Positions 36,501 through 48,500 of a stretch of 64,000 bases of DNA are shown in pieces; the stretch's first letter is position 1, and every line of letters begins with the position of its first letter. The translations under genes and the position numbers were made by a program. Source of the DNA: Macrostomum hystrix (taxonomy: Eukaryota; Animalia; Platyhelminthes); assembly GCA_950097015.1 (NCBI GenBank), contig CATNEN010000012.1, positions 1,178,001 to 1,242,000 of the forward strand, in the 5' to 3' direction. Below the pieces are notes generated by a model. That model worked only from the letters and a program-made list of their open reading frames with translations, was not told the origin of the DNA and ran no database searches.

Positions 36501-39500
36501 TAGGAACATGATAATTATTGCATATGGACTTAAAAAGATACGAACAAGGAAGTTTAATTTGTTAATAAATAGGTAGATTCACGGTTCACTACAGAAAACC
36601 ATGCTGTGATTATGTCAGCACTCACCCCGGCCATAATGTCCGCCTGCTCATAGAATGGTGATAAGTAGAACATCACCGATGCGACTTTGAGGCACAGGTG
36701 AAAATCTAGCCGGCCTTCTCTGTCTGCCGCTTCCGCCAGCGATTGGCGTGGAAATCTAGACGCAATGAACTTCTGCAGTTTTGGGCCCACGTCCGGAACT
36801 GGAAAGTTCAGATGGAACAGGTGGAGATAAATTATATTGAGTTGGTTCAAATACTCTTAATATCTAATCTAACATTGGCTCCGACAAAAAGTAATTGATC
36901 CTACAATGTCTACTTAAATTACCTTCATCTCCAACCAGTGTGATGTAGCTTATCTTCAAAGTCCCAGAGGAAACACTCCTTAGGATGACGCAATAGCGGG
37001 CGACTGTCTCGGATTGGCAGGTGACGTAAAAGTCGGTGGAGGCGGGCATGGGCTCAGGGTAGTTCCACTCGTAGCAGCTGCTCCAGTTGGTGAAGGCTGC
37101 GTCACTCAGTGCGGGATTCCAAGAGCTGCTGCTTCTCACACTGATGCCGTTTAAAATTTCAGCTAGGAAATTTTTTAATTAAGAATTTATAAAAGAATCA
37201 GTTAAATACTCAGAGACTTCTCTCACTCAAGCAGCACTATTCCAGGGTAACGCGTCAAACTCTCAAACTAAAATTCTCAGATATCGAATTCGCGCCAATA
37301 ATTTGGGACAGCCGCGGAAAGAAGGCCTGAGTACATATCCGTTCTGCTCATGGGGTCAGTGCAATGGACAGAATTTTCTTGGCGTTTTCACTGCTGCTAA
37401 GTGATGTTTCAGAGCCCACAGCCCCTGTGATTATGGATGAAAATATAATTCGCACTACAAACGTTCTTTACCGGTCCTGAGTCGCAGCTGTCCTAGCCGG
37501 TAAGGCAACTTCAGGTCGAACAGCAGCCACCAGAATGTCGGTGGCGACACACTGCCAGTGTAAGCGAGCGTGTTCACGTACAGCCCGGACGCTCCGGTGA
37601 TGGTAGGAGATATCTTTCGGCCGCTGAAATAGACGCTGGCCTCTTTCAAGATGTTGGACGGGTTGTTCTCTGAGCTCGGTGGGTAGTAGTACTCGGCTGA
37701 CGATTGGCATTTATTGTGAGTATCCGTTGTTTACGAGAGTTGTTTGTTTGTATGAAAGAAAGTATTTTGTGCTCCTTTTTAGCACCTAAGGTAATGATGA
37801 TCACGTGATATTTACGTGAAATGTTATTCTTTACTGCCAAATCTAAAGTCAACTGTCTGTCACGTGATATTTACGTGAAATGTTATTATTTACTGTCAAA
37901 TATATAGGTCAACTGTCTGTCACGTGATATTTACGTGAAATGTTATTCTTTACTGTCAAATATATAGGTCAACTGTCTGTCACGTGATATTTACGTGAAA
38001 TGTTATTCTTTACTGCCTTATATATTGGCCAAACTGTCTGTCACGTGATATTTACGTGAAATGTTATTCTTTACTGTCTAATATATAGGTCAAACTGTCT
38101 GTCACGTGATATGAACGAGTAAGAAATCAGCGTAGCCGGGTCCGAAGTTTGACAATGAATAAAGAAGGAGCATGGAGCCCAGTATTTGAAACTGGATGTC
38201 AACTGTCCCCAAAAACTCCATTTCCGGACTAGTTTAGGAGGACTAGCTGTCCCACATATGCACAGAGCAGATAAAATGGCCTTCGATTGAAGACTCACCG
38301 CAGTAGTTATTCTCATAGTCGATGCAGTCAGTTAGGATGTTTGCCGGGCTGTAGCAGCGGGGCTCATTTAAGATAGAGTCTAGAAAGCGTGTCATTGTGT
38401 TAAGATATGATCGCAAATATTTTTTCAGTTAAGAATTGAAATCAAATCGTAGGGGACATTGCTTGATTTAGCGACATCATTGGTAGTTTGCCATAAAGTT
38501 TAGTATCTCAGTCGACACCCAAAATGTTCTTACTAGAAATGCACGTAGCATTGAAGTTCTTGTAATTAGTGTCGACAGATGCCCAGGCTTTGCAGGCCTG
38601 TCCCAACTTTGTAACCGACCATGGGTAGCGGTAGAATTGAAAGTCATTTCTAGTTAGGGCGCATTGCACGTGATCTGCAATTTTTTAGTTTTTTAACATC
38701 TAAGTCGGTAGATTTTTAAGGCCTAACTTCAGTCCGTTTCCGTTCTATTTCAGCTGCGTGTGAGGCAGGCAGTGTGGTGGATGTCTGGGGCAGGAAATGT
38801 CGTGAGGGTTCTAAAAGGGTTGGCTGTTGAGGGGCAGGGAGTGAGGTGGATGTCTGGGGCAGGAAATGTCATGAGGGTTCTAAATGGTGGGCCGTTGAAG
38901 GGCAGGGAGTGAGGTGGATGTCTAAGGGATGGACATGTCGTGAGGGTTCTAAATGGGTGGGCCGTTGAAGGGCAGGGAGTGAGGTGGATGTCTAAGGGAA
39001 GGACATGTCGTGAGGGTTCTAAATGGGTGGGCCGTTGAAGGGCAGGGAGTGAGGTGGATGTCTAAGGGAAGGACATGTCTTTTTCTAGGCAATAACGAGT
39101 GCAGTTGAAATTTCAAAGTAAAAAAAAATAAATAGAGTCTTACCCTCGGAAGACAAGATTCCACCGAGGAGGCTGTTATTGTGAGAGCGCCGAGAGTTGA
39201 ATGAGGTGGAAGTGAACTGCACCTGATCATTCAGCAGCAGTGTATTGTGGCAGCCTGCAATATTTTTTTTATATTTTTTCAAGATTAAGCAATTCATGAA
39301 ATCCGTTTTAAAAATCGTATTTCGATGTCCTTTCTGAGCATAGTACTGGCGAAACCTCAAGTAGTGCATTTCGCATATTCTCACCGGCGTCAATGCTGAC
39401 CAAATTGAAGATAAGCTCGTCGGCCGTGCCAGATTCCTTCATGCTGGGATCGGCGCAGACGCTGCGGCTGCAGCGACCATCGACCTGCTGGCAGTCCTGT

Positions 39501-42500
39501 ACGATTGGCACGCCTGAATAGTCTGAGTCCAGACTAAGCAGGGACAGGTGCTCATAGACTCCGTTGCCGGTGTAGGTGTCCTTAAGGGCTGTGGTGCCAA
39601 GATTTGTGCTGTACACCGACGACAGCAGTACGGAAGTAGAACCGCCTGATTCGGCTAGAATAATTAAAGAACTTAAAATGTGTACGATAGATTCTTCAGT
39701 CTCTCATCCTCAACCCTCCTCTGATCCGTCAGTCCCTCAGCTTCAACCCTCCTCTGATCCTTCAGTCCCTCAGCTTCAACCCTCCTCTGATCCTTCAGTC
39801 CCTTAGCTTCAACCCTCCTCTGATCCGTCAGTCCCTCAGCTTCAACCCTCCTCTGATCCTTCAGTCCCTCAGCTTCAACCCTCCTCTGATCCTTCAGTCC
39901 CTCAGCTTCAACCCTCCTCTGATCCTTCAGTCCCTCAGCTTCAACCCTCCTCTGATCCTTCAGTCCCTCAGCCTTAAACCACCACTTGTTTTCCACCACT
40001 GGTTAAGAGTAAGTCGCTCATAAAACGGCAGACCTGCAACTTACGACTGGACTTGTCCACCTGGCAGATGAAAGTGGCTTTCGAGCTGCACGCAATCTCT
40101 ACCAGGCCATTGTACTTCATCGAGTAGACTGCGCAGCCGCCGGTCGGCTGCCGGCCCATGTAGAAGGCCCCCGGCTCCACCGGGCTGCCGTCCAGCCACT
40201 GCCACTGACCGGTGGAGCTGCGGCTGACTCCCACGAAGTAGTCCGCGTTGCTAAGTGAGGATCGAATAGAGACTTACAGAGAATGGAACCTGGCTTCCCA
40301 GCAGCCCTCCTGAAATTGTTCTTATCTTTAAGCTTGCATAGTAATGTGAAAACATTGTGAATTATTACTTGAAAATCATGCTTTATTTAGATGAAATTTT
40401 AGGTATCGTTATAAAAATAGGACTTTTAAAATATTTAAAATGTCTGAAAAACGACTGCTTAAATACTTCAATAGTCAGCTGATTGAGCATGGCACCTAAA
40501 ATCACTGTCCAGACAGCCGCCGCTCAAAATCTTCCAAAACTTTTAAAAGCGGAAATAAAACATGATGCCCAGAGTCTGTCTGTGATATTCGCATCAGGGA
40601 TGATATCCCATTTAGTTGTCAATTTATACTCACGCGAAATGTGCCAGATTTCTGAGCAGAGCAGTCTTGGGCATGAGCAGAGATCCGTTGCGGCCCTGCC
40701 AAATCCGCTGTGAGCAGTAGCTGGCCGCCTCCGCCCAGTCCACGGACCAGGGGATCAGCCTCCAGCAGATGGTGAGGTGGGGCAGCCAGCCGGGTGGACA
40801 GTGGTCTGGAGTGACAGTGGATGAGGTAGACGTTTCCTTTGACACCTGTCACTAGTTCTCTAGATTATCTGGCAGAAGCTGCATTACAGACTTTTTAATG
40901 ACAATTTTACTGAGTTTTGAATGACTAAGTCACATAGGAAGTCTGAGTTCTGATAGAAATTTGAAATACAGTCAAGCTGATTGTTGATTCTGATGGTGTA
41001 CTTTCACGGAAATCGGTCATTCGGTTTGGGAGCTGTCGTGAATTAGGCAGTGGGTATTTGAAATACCCCTGTGGTATTTAACCAGGGGAAAATACGCTCG
41101 TAGCGTGGTCTTTCTACTGTTAATTGCTCACCGTTGAGCAGACAGCCCCTCAGGCCGGTGAGATCAGCGGCGCTGACGGTCGCTGTGCCGTTGAACTCCA
41201 GCCGCAGTTCAATGGGAGCAATGAGCACCGGCAGGTTGAACTTCCCGATGGGATTCTGTGAGTCAAACTGAAATTGAAAATAGCGACAACAATGTTGAAT
41301 TGTTCAGCTCGCTGTACATTTTATTGACAGTTATTTAACCAGAATGTTCAACATAACAAACTCAATTAAAGCTAAAGACCTAACCACTGAAGGTCAGGCC
41401 CTAGCCTTTTGAACTAAAGCCCTGCTTAACACCGAAGCCTTAGCAACCAGAACCAAAGCCCTAGCTACTGGAACCGAAGAACCTAGCAACCAGATTTAAG
41501 GCCCTAGCAACTGGAACCGAAGACCTTAGCAATAGCAACCAGATTCAAGGCCATAGCAACCACATTAAAGGCCCTAAAAACCAAATTTAAGGCCCTAGCA
41601 ACCAAATTCAAGGCGTTAGCTCGTATTAATCAGATTCAAGGCCATAGCAACCAAATTCAAGGTGCTAGAAGCCAGATTCAAGGTGCTAGAAGCCAGATTC
41701 AAGGTGCTAGAAGCCAGATTCAAGGCCATAGAAGCCAGATTTAAGGCCATAGAAGCCAGATTCAAGGCCATAGAAGCCAGATTTAAGGCCATAGAAGCCA
41801 GATTCAAGGTGCTAGAAGCCACATTCAAGGCCATAGAAGCCAGATTCAAGGTGCTAGAAGCCACATTCAAGGCCATAGAAGCCAGATTCAAGGTGCCTAG
41901 AAGCCAGATTCAATGCCATAGAAGCCAGATTCAAGGCCATAGAAGCCAGATTCAAGGTCCTAGAAGCCAGATTCAAGGCCATAGAAGCCAGATTCAAGGC
42001 CATAGAAGCCAGATTCAAGGCCATAGAAGCCAGATTCAAGGCCATAGAAGCCAGATTCAAGGCCATAGAATCCAAATTCAAGGCCCTAACTTCCAGAACC
42101 AAAAAATTGAGGTTTCAAACGAGCAAAAAAGTAATTTCGAGGTAATTTTGCAGGCAGAAATAAATAACCGTAGTATGAAGTAGTCACTCACCAGGAAGTC
42201 TGTCTCGTACCACGGAATCTTAAGTCTGCTCACATTGGCATCCTTTGTCTCGCGGTAACTGAGGAAAAATTTGTCGACGTGGCTATCAAAATTAGCAATG
42301 GTTATCTCAGTCATGTAGGCGACTCTAGCGAATGTGACAATGAGTGTGTTGCCGGACTTCACGGTCGAGTAGCTATCAGCTGGCAGCTCTGAGCAATCTG
42401 AAAAATTAACAATTTAAAAGAGAAAATAAAGGTAATAATAGTCTCATCCTCTCTCTTGGAGTTCAGTGGTGTAGCGGTCTAACACTGAACCATTCACTGA

Positions 42501-45500
42501 AGGCCCAATTCTACAATTCTACGGCGAGGCCACATTCATTTGGGGCGCAGCCATGGAGAGAAGGCTTGGGGGCTTTTCGGGCAATTTACGCCCATAAGGG
42601 CCAACCGACAAGACACTGCCTGATGATAAATTCAGGTCAGATGTACAAATTTATGTGAGCGGTCAACTGAAGGGGCACAGCCGCCTCCTCGCCGACTGCG
42701 CTCGACTGTCGCTTCATGATGTGTCGGTGGCCAAATAGTTTAATAGTTTCTTTTTTGCGAAAAAAAATCTATTAAATTTAATGGGCGTAGCTACGGGTAG
42801 TGACAGTAGAGTTTGGCCCTCACAGGCGTCCACCCGGCTGGCTGCACTACCTCTCAAGATCTAAACCAATTGAGAACCTTGTTAGAAAATAGGCCCGTTA
42901 CCAGACTCACACGTGGCCATAGGGAAGCCGAGGATCTCCATTTTCCAGGCTGGTAGATTGTAAAATGATGTGAGCACAATCTCTAGCAGCTGCAAATCGA
43001 GCGGATTCGGCAGCCAGCTGATGTACGGCGTCGAAGGTCGATCTCGAGGATGCCTCGAAGGTGACCTTTGCGATGGTAACAGATCATTTTTTAGGCTTCA
43101 ATATACAAATATTGAGCACTTAAAACTTGCCCAGTAATAAGCCAGATGTACAGCCAATGGCACAGCTGGCAGCAGCTATTGCGTGGTGAGGCTGCGTACA
43201 GCTGTTCAGTCTGTGGACTCGGGCAACCACACTAAGAATTAGGAATCAAACTCTAGTCAGTCCAAGACTACAAGATTCCACAGCTCCAATCAGTACAAGA
43301 CTCCAAGATTCCATAGCTCTAATCAGTCCAAGACTCCAAGATTCCACAGCTCTAATCAGTCCAAGACTCCAAGATTCCACAGCTCTAATCAGTCCAAGAC
43401 TCCAAGATTCCACAGCTCTAATCAGTCCAAGACTCCAAGATTCCACAGCTCTAGTCAGTCCAAGACTCCAAGATTCCACAGCTCTAATCAGTCCAAAACT
43501 TCAAGAGTCCAAACTCTAATCAGTCCAAAACTTCAAGAGTCCAAACTCTAATCAGTCCAAAACTTCAAGAGTCCAAACTCTAATCAGTCCAAAACTTCAA
43601 GAGTCCAAACTCTAATCAGTCCAAAACTTCAAGAGTCCAAACTCTAATCAGTCCAAAACTTCAAGAGTCCAAACTCTAATCAGTCCAAAACTTCAAGAGT
43701 CCAAACTCTAATCAGTCCAAAACTTCAAGAGTCCAAACTCTAATCAGTCCAAAACTTCAAGAGTCCAAACTCTAATCAGTCCAAAACTCCAGGAGTCCAA
43801 ACTCCAATCAGTCCAGGACTTCAATAGTCCAAAGCTCTAATAGAAGCTCATTTTCTGGCCTGCAAACAAAAGTATAATTGTGACGGTTACACCACTGAGA
43901 TAAAGGTAAAAGAGGTGGCTCCAAGCACAATGCTCACTGGATTTCCAGCCCCGTCAGTGACATAGGTCAGCGTCCGCCAGCTCTTGTCGGTGGAATATCG
44001 AACCTGAAAGTCAACCGGGGCGGCCTTCAAGCCGGCCGTGATGCGCCCGTTGCCGCTTACAATCAGGCCGGTTGTTGTCATAACAACTGGAAAGTACACG
44101 CGCAGGTAGGAATTGGCGAGACCGCAGCAGGCGGCGAAGCGGAATCCGGGCGGCCGGTTTGGGGCCTCGGAAACAGTCAAGGGCAGACTGCTCAGCCAGT
44201 GCTGTCCCTGCCATGCAGCCGGCACCAGCCATTCCAGCTGCAGGTGTCTGCCCAGTCCCATTGGGGTCTGCGAGAGCCGGTTCCACTGCCAGTCCGCTGT
44301 GTTGGAGTGGGGGGTTGATAAAGTATTGCAGCTAGGCTAGATAATGCATTCAATCAATTAAGAGCCTGGCTAAGTGTAAAACGCGCGCTATCTTTTTAAT
44401 TAGCAAACGATATCATATGATATCATATATCATATGTTGTACAGCTGTTTATAAACTGAGGTTATTTACTAAAACACCAAAAAATATTCCTTTCAAAAAT
44501 TGTTAATTGCTAAAAGTTTTATTTACGACTAATTAGGTGTTCTATGAAAAAAAATAATTTTTGATTATGCTTATGCTTTAGCTTCACTACATCATTTTGC
44601 TCACCGTTGCTAATGTAAATGAGTGAGTATAATATAGAAAATTTGTATTAATAAAGGGGCTGTGTGGGTTTGGGGGGCTGTATGGCTTGTAGGAGCTGTG
44701 GCGGCTGTGGGGGCAGTGGCAGCTGGGTGGACTGTGGGGGCAGTGGCAGCTGGGTGGACTGTGGGGGCAGTGGCAGCTGGGTGGACTGTAGGGACTGAGG
44801 CGGCTGGTTGGACTGTGGGGGCTGGGTGGGTTGTGGGGGCTGTGGGGCTGGGTGGACTGTGGGGACTGGGTGGGTTGTGGGGGCTGTGGGGCTGGGTGGG
44901 TTGTGGGGGCTGTGGGGCTGGGTGGACTGTGGGGGCTGGGTGGGTTGTGGGGGCTGTGGGGCTGGGTGGACTGTGGGGCTGGGTGGGTTGTGGGGGCTGT
45001 GGGGCTGGGTGGACTGTGGGGCTGGGTGGGTTGTGGGGGCTGTGGGGCTGGGTGGACTGTGGGGCTGGGTGGGTTGTGGGGGCTGTGGGGCTGGGTGGAC
45101 TGTGGGGCTGGGTGGGTTGTGGGGGCTGTGGGGCTGGGTGGACTGTGGGGCTGGGTGGGTTGTGGGGGCTGTGGGGCTGGGTGGACTGTGGGAGCTGTTG
45201 GGGCTGGGTGGACTGTGGGGGTTGTGGGGGCTGGGTGCACTGTGGGGGCTGTGGGAGCTGTTGGGGCTGGGTGGACTGTGGGTGCTGGGTGGACTGTGGC
45301 AGCTGGGTGGACTGTGGGGGGCTGTGGGGGCTGGGTGGACTGTGGGGGCTGTGGGGGCTGAGGGGCTTGGGTGGACAGGTCAAGCGTGCCGCGTCAGTGT
45401 ATGCTTCAGCGATGGAAAGAGCTGACCATTTGTATACATTTGACTTGACTTTGTCAGTGTACATTCTCGCGGTGCCGCGAGGTTGGCCCAATTGGCCAAT

Positions 45501-48500
45501 TTGGCCTCGCCACGGGTTCGAGCTCAGTGACCACGTCATTCAGCATAAATGCGAATAATAAAAAGCTTACCAAATATGGTAGCATAAACTTCCACTTCGG
45601 TCAGTGCTAAGTCTTCAGCCGCAGTCGAGGACTTTCTAACTGTAAGGTAGCGTCCGGTCTGAAAAATTGTGACATCGTCTTATTGATAATCGACGTTCAA
45701 GAGCTTGGAGTGAGGTGGGAATTCGCAACAGACCCCGAATTGGCGGGCGGGTCAAATTGATCAAAACTTGGTTTGACGCGATAACAAAGGCAAGGCAAAG
45801 CCACACAATGCCATTAACAGCAGGAGGTGCAACTCCTACCTTTGAACAGGCCGGAGTTGCCATAACAACAGGGTGTGAGTAGCAGAGCGGTCTAATGCTT
45901 TCGCTTATCGCACCAAGGTCCGTGTGCTCGAATCCGCGGGCGAGTCTTGATTTGTTTGGGGAGTAGCCGTGGAGAATGCCTGGGGTCCTTTCGTGAAATT
46001 TGCGCCCTTGAGGGGTTAGCCTACGAAGGCACTGTGAAAGTGTACACTGGCTGACAATGAGAAAGTCAGAGCAGATGTACGCATCTGTGTGTGTGCCTGC
46101 GTACTGTATTTGTGTGCGTGTGTTACCAAATGCTGTGACAGTCCCCACAGCCATGTACCCACAGCCCTATTGCAATTTTTTAATGATTACTTTAGAACAA
46201 TTGAATGTGAAGTAGTCCAAGTATTTTCCATCCGGTCCGGTGTAGGCCTCCTGAATGTGGCAGAGGTCGGTGGCTGAGAAACTCGGCGAGCCTATCATCG
46301 CGTCGGCTTGTGCGAAGTACTCAGTGCCGGCGATGCTGCTGTAGACTGTAGGAATGTTTAAAAAAAAATTACGTTCATCAAATAATCACTAGTTTATTTG
46401 AAAAGGTCCCCGGAAAATTCCCACAGACTCACAGGTAGAGTGGAACACTGTGTAGACATTCACATGCGAGATGTTCCTGAGTCCGCCCAGGTCAACGAAG
46501 ACCCATTTGACGCCGGTGGTGATTGCCGAACGAAAAAAGTTACTGACGCTGGCCAGGGAGTTCTTGTCTCCGTCGGTTAGCCGATGTGGCGGGTAGCTGG
46601 AGCTGAACACTGAACTGGCCTGAACTGCCTGGTACCTGGACACCAGCCACGGTTGCATCCAGTTCTGGCCTAGCTCCGCTGTGCACGGGGGGAGTTAAAA
46701 TGATTAGGTTTTACATTAGTCCGAAGTGCATATTTCATGATGTAAATAATAATAATATAATAATAAAAATTGCAGGGGCGCTGCAGGCAATGGCACATCA
46801 TTTGGTGACGGTAGACCCGCAGCAATTGAGGAGACAATTCTGCCCATTTCGCTGACTCCTGAGCACACATGCTCTCTCTCACACAGGTGTGTACATCTGC
46901 CTTGACTTTCTCATCGTCAGGCACTGTACACTTAACTGTGCCTTGGAGGTTGGCCCTTAAGGGCGTAAATTGCACGACAAGCCCCCAAGTCTTCTCTCCT
47001 CGGCTGCGGCCCAACTTAATCTGGCCTCGCCGCGGAATCGAGCTCAGGGACCTTAATGCGAGAGGCAACCGCTCTGCCACCGACCCCCTTTCATGTTGTA
47101 AATTTCAGCTTGCTTTTTGTAGTCACTATACTTTCGTAGTGAGTACAGTTTCTGGTCCGATCCCTGTCACGATTAGCCAATCAATTTTCCTATACCTTAG
47201 TTCCTTTCAGCACAAAGTTTCAGCATCACTGCTTGCCATGATTAAGTGCGACCGAGTGTGTGGGCTTACCTGCTCAGTCAGCACTTAGCATCTGTTGAAT
47301 AGAAAAGTGCTTCTGAGTTCCTTCGCGAGAAGCTTCACTTCTTAATTGGCTATGTCACATATTTACGCTTTGGGGTTTTTGGATTTCTGTCAAGCCACCA
47401 ACAGTAGACTATCCAGTCGAATCAAGTGTTTGATTGCATTGATGATTGATGACTGATGACTTGAGTTGCATGAATCTCATGAAAACCTTTAATTGTATCT
47501 AATTCTGACAGAGTTAGCTTTGTACCTTTGAGAAAGTTACAAACTAAAAACTCAATTATCATCAACGTTTTTCCCCCGAATTTCTACTCTTTGAATACTA
47601 ATTCGAAAAGCATACGATGTCTGCAATATCATTTTAGAACGTTTTCAATCATTTTTCTATCATTCATCAAAAAACGTTCATAGAGAATGCAGCTTTTCTT
47701 CTTAAATACATGCAGCGATGAACGCACCAGGGCATTGTCTATGGTCAGAATGTAAGGATGAAATACCCGGTCAATCAAATAAAAGCCATAGACTATTGAC
47801 TGGGTCATGATGGGGCGAATAAATTTCGCGTTTCCGTTTCCAATACGATATGCAGTTGTCCCCAGTATAGATAATTGTACGCAGTATTTGTTAAACTAAA
47901 CATTTTTAAGTTAAACTTGCTCACTAGAAATGAAAACTGCTGAATCTGGGTTCAAACGATAGATGTTTCATCAGTATTTGTTAATCACTTTTATCGAAAA
48001 ATATGTAGCTGATATGCTTGCTTTGGAATGGAAGTTTTTGTTTTCGTTTTTGTTTAATTTGTAAACTGGAAAAAATTCTCAACGCTTCAGGAAATTTTGA
48101 GCAAACACGTATTTTAAGTCACGGTTTACGCGCTCACGCAGGGGACAGCAAGGGATTTTCCCGTTTTTTGTAGACGATAAACAAGTATCGAAAGTAGGGT
48201 AAAACCCCAGAGATAGCTCCTGATGCATAATCAGACTGAATGCTGAAGCTGAAGCCCATGCAGCATCTAAAATTCGCAGATCTGTGAGGATCTCACCGAG
48301 CGCTCGTCCGTAGAGCATGAGCCGCAGCTGGAAGAAGCCGTCGAAAGCGTACACAAAGTGCCTCATTGCCAGCAGCGTCACTGGCGGCTTCAGGCTCTGG
48401 AAGCTGCTCCACCGGCTTGACGGCGACACGCGCACTGGCCAGTCGGTGAGGTCGGCCGCCCGGTCCAGGCTGCGCCAGCTGGCCAGATCGTGAGACACGG

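Noticed and set aside
38630-38650. Suspected frameshift in the kringle exon
   Set aside because: On re-reading the frame is open (RNDFQFYRYPW)
41616-42183. Heptad (coiled-coil-like) EARFKAI ORF
   Set aside because: 21-bp minisatellite open in several frames on both strands
44587-45558. Long Pro/Gly-rich ORFs in five frames
   Set aside because: Translations of a G-rich satellite, with no codon or splice support
47600-47880. Stop-free AT-rich minus-strand frame of about 78 codons
   Set aside because: No recognisable motif or splice fit; consistent with chance
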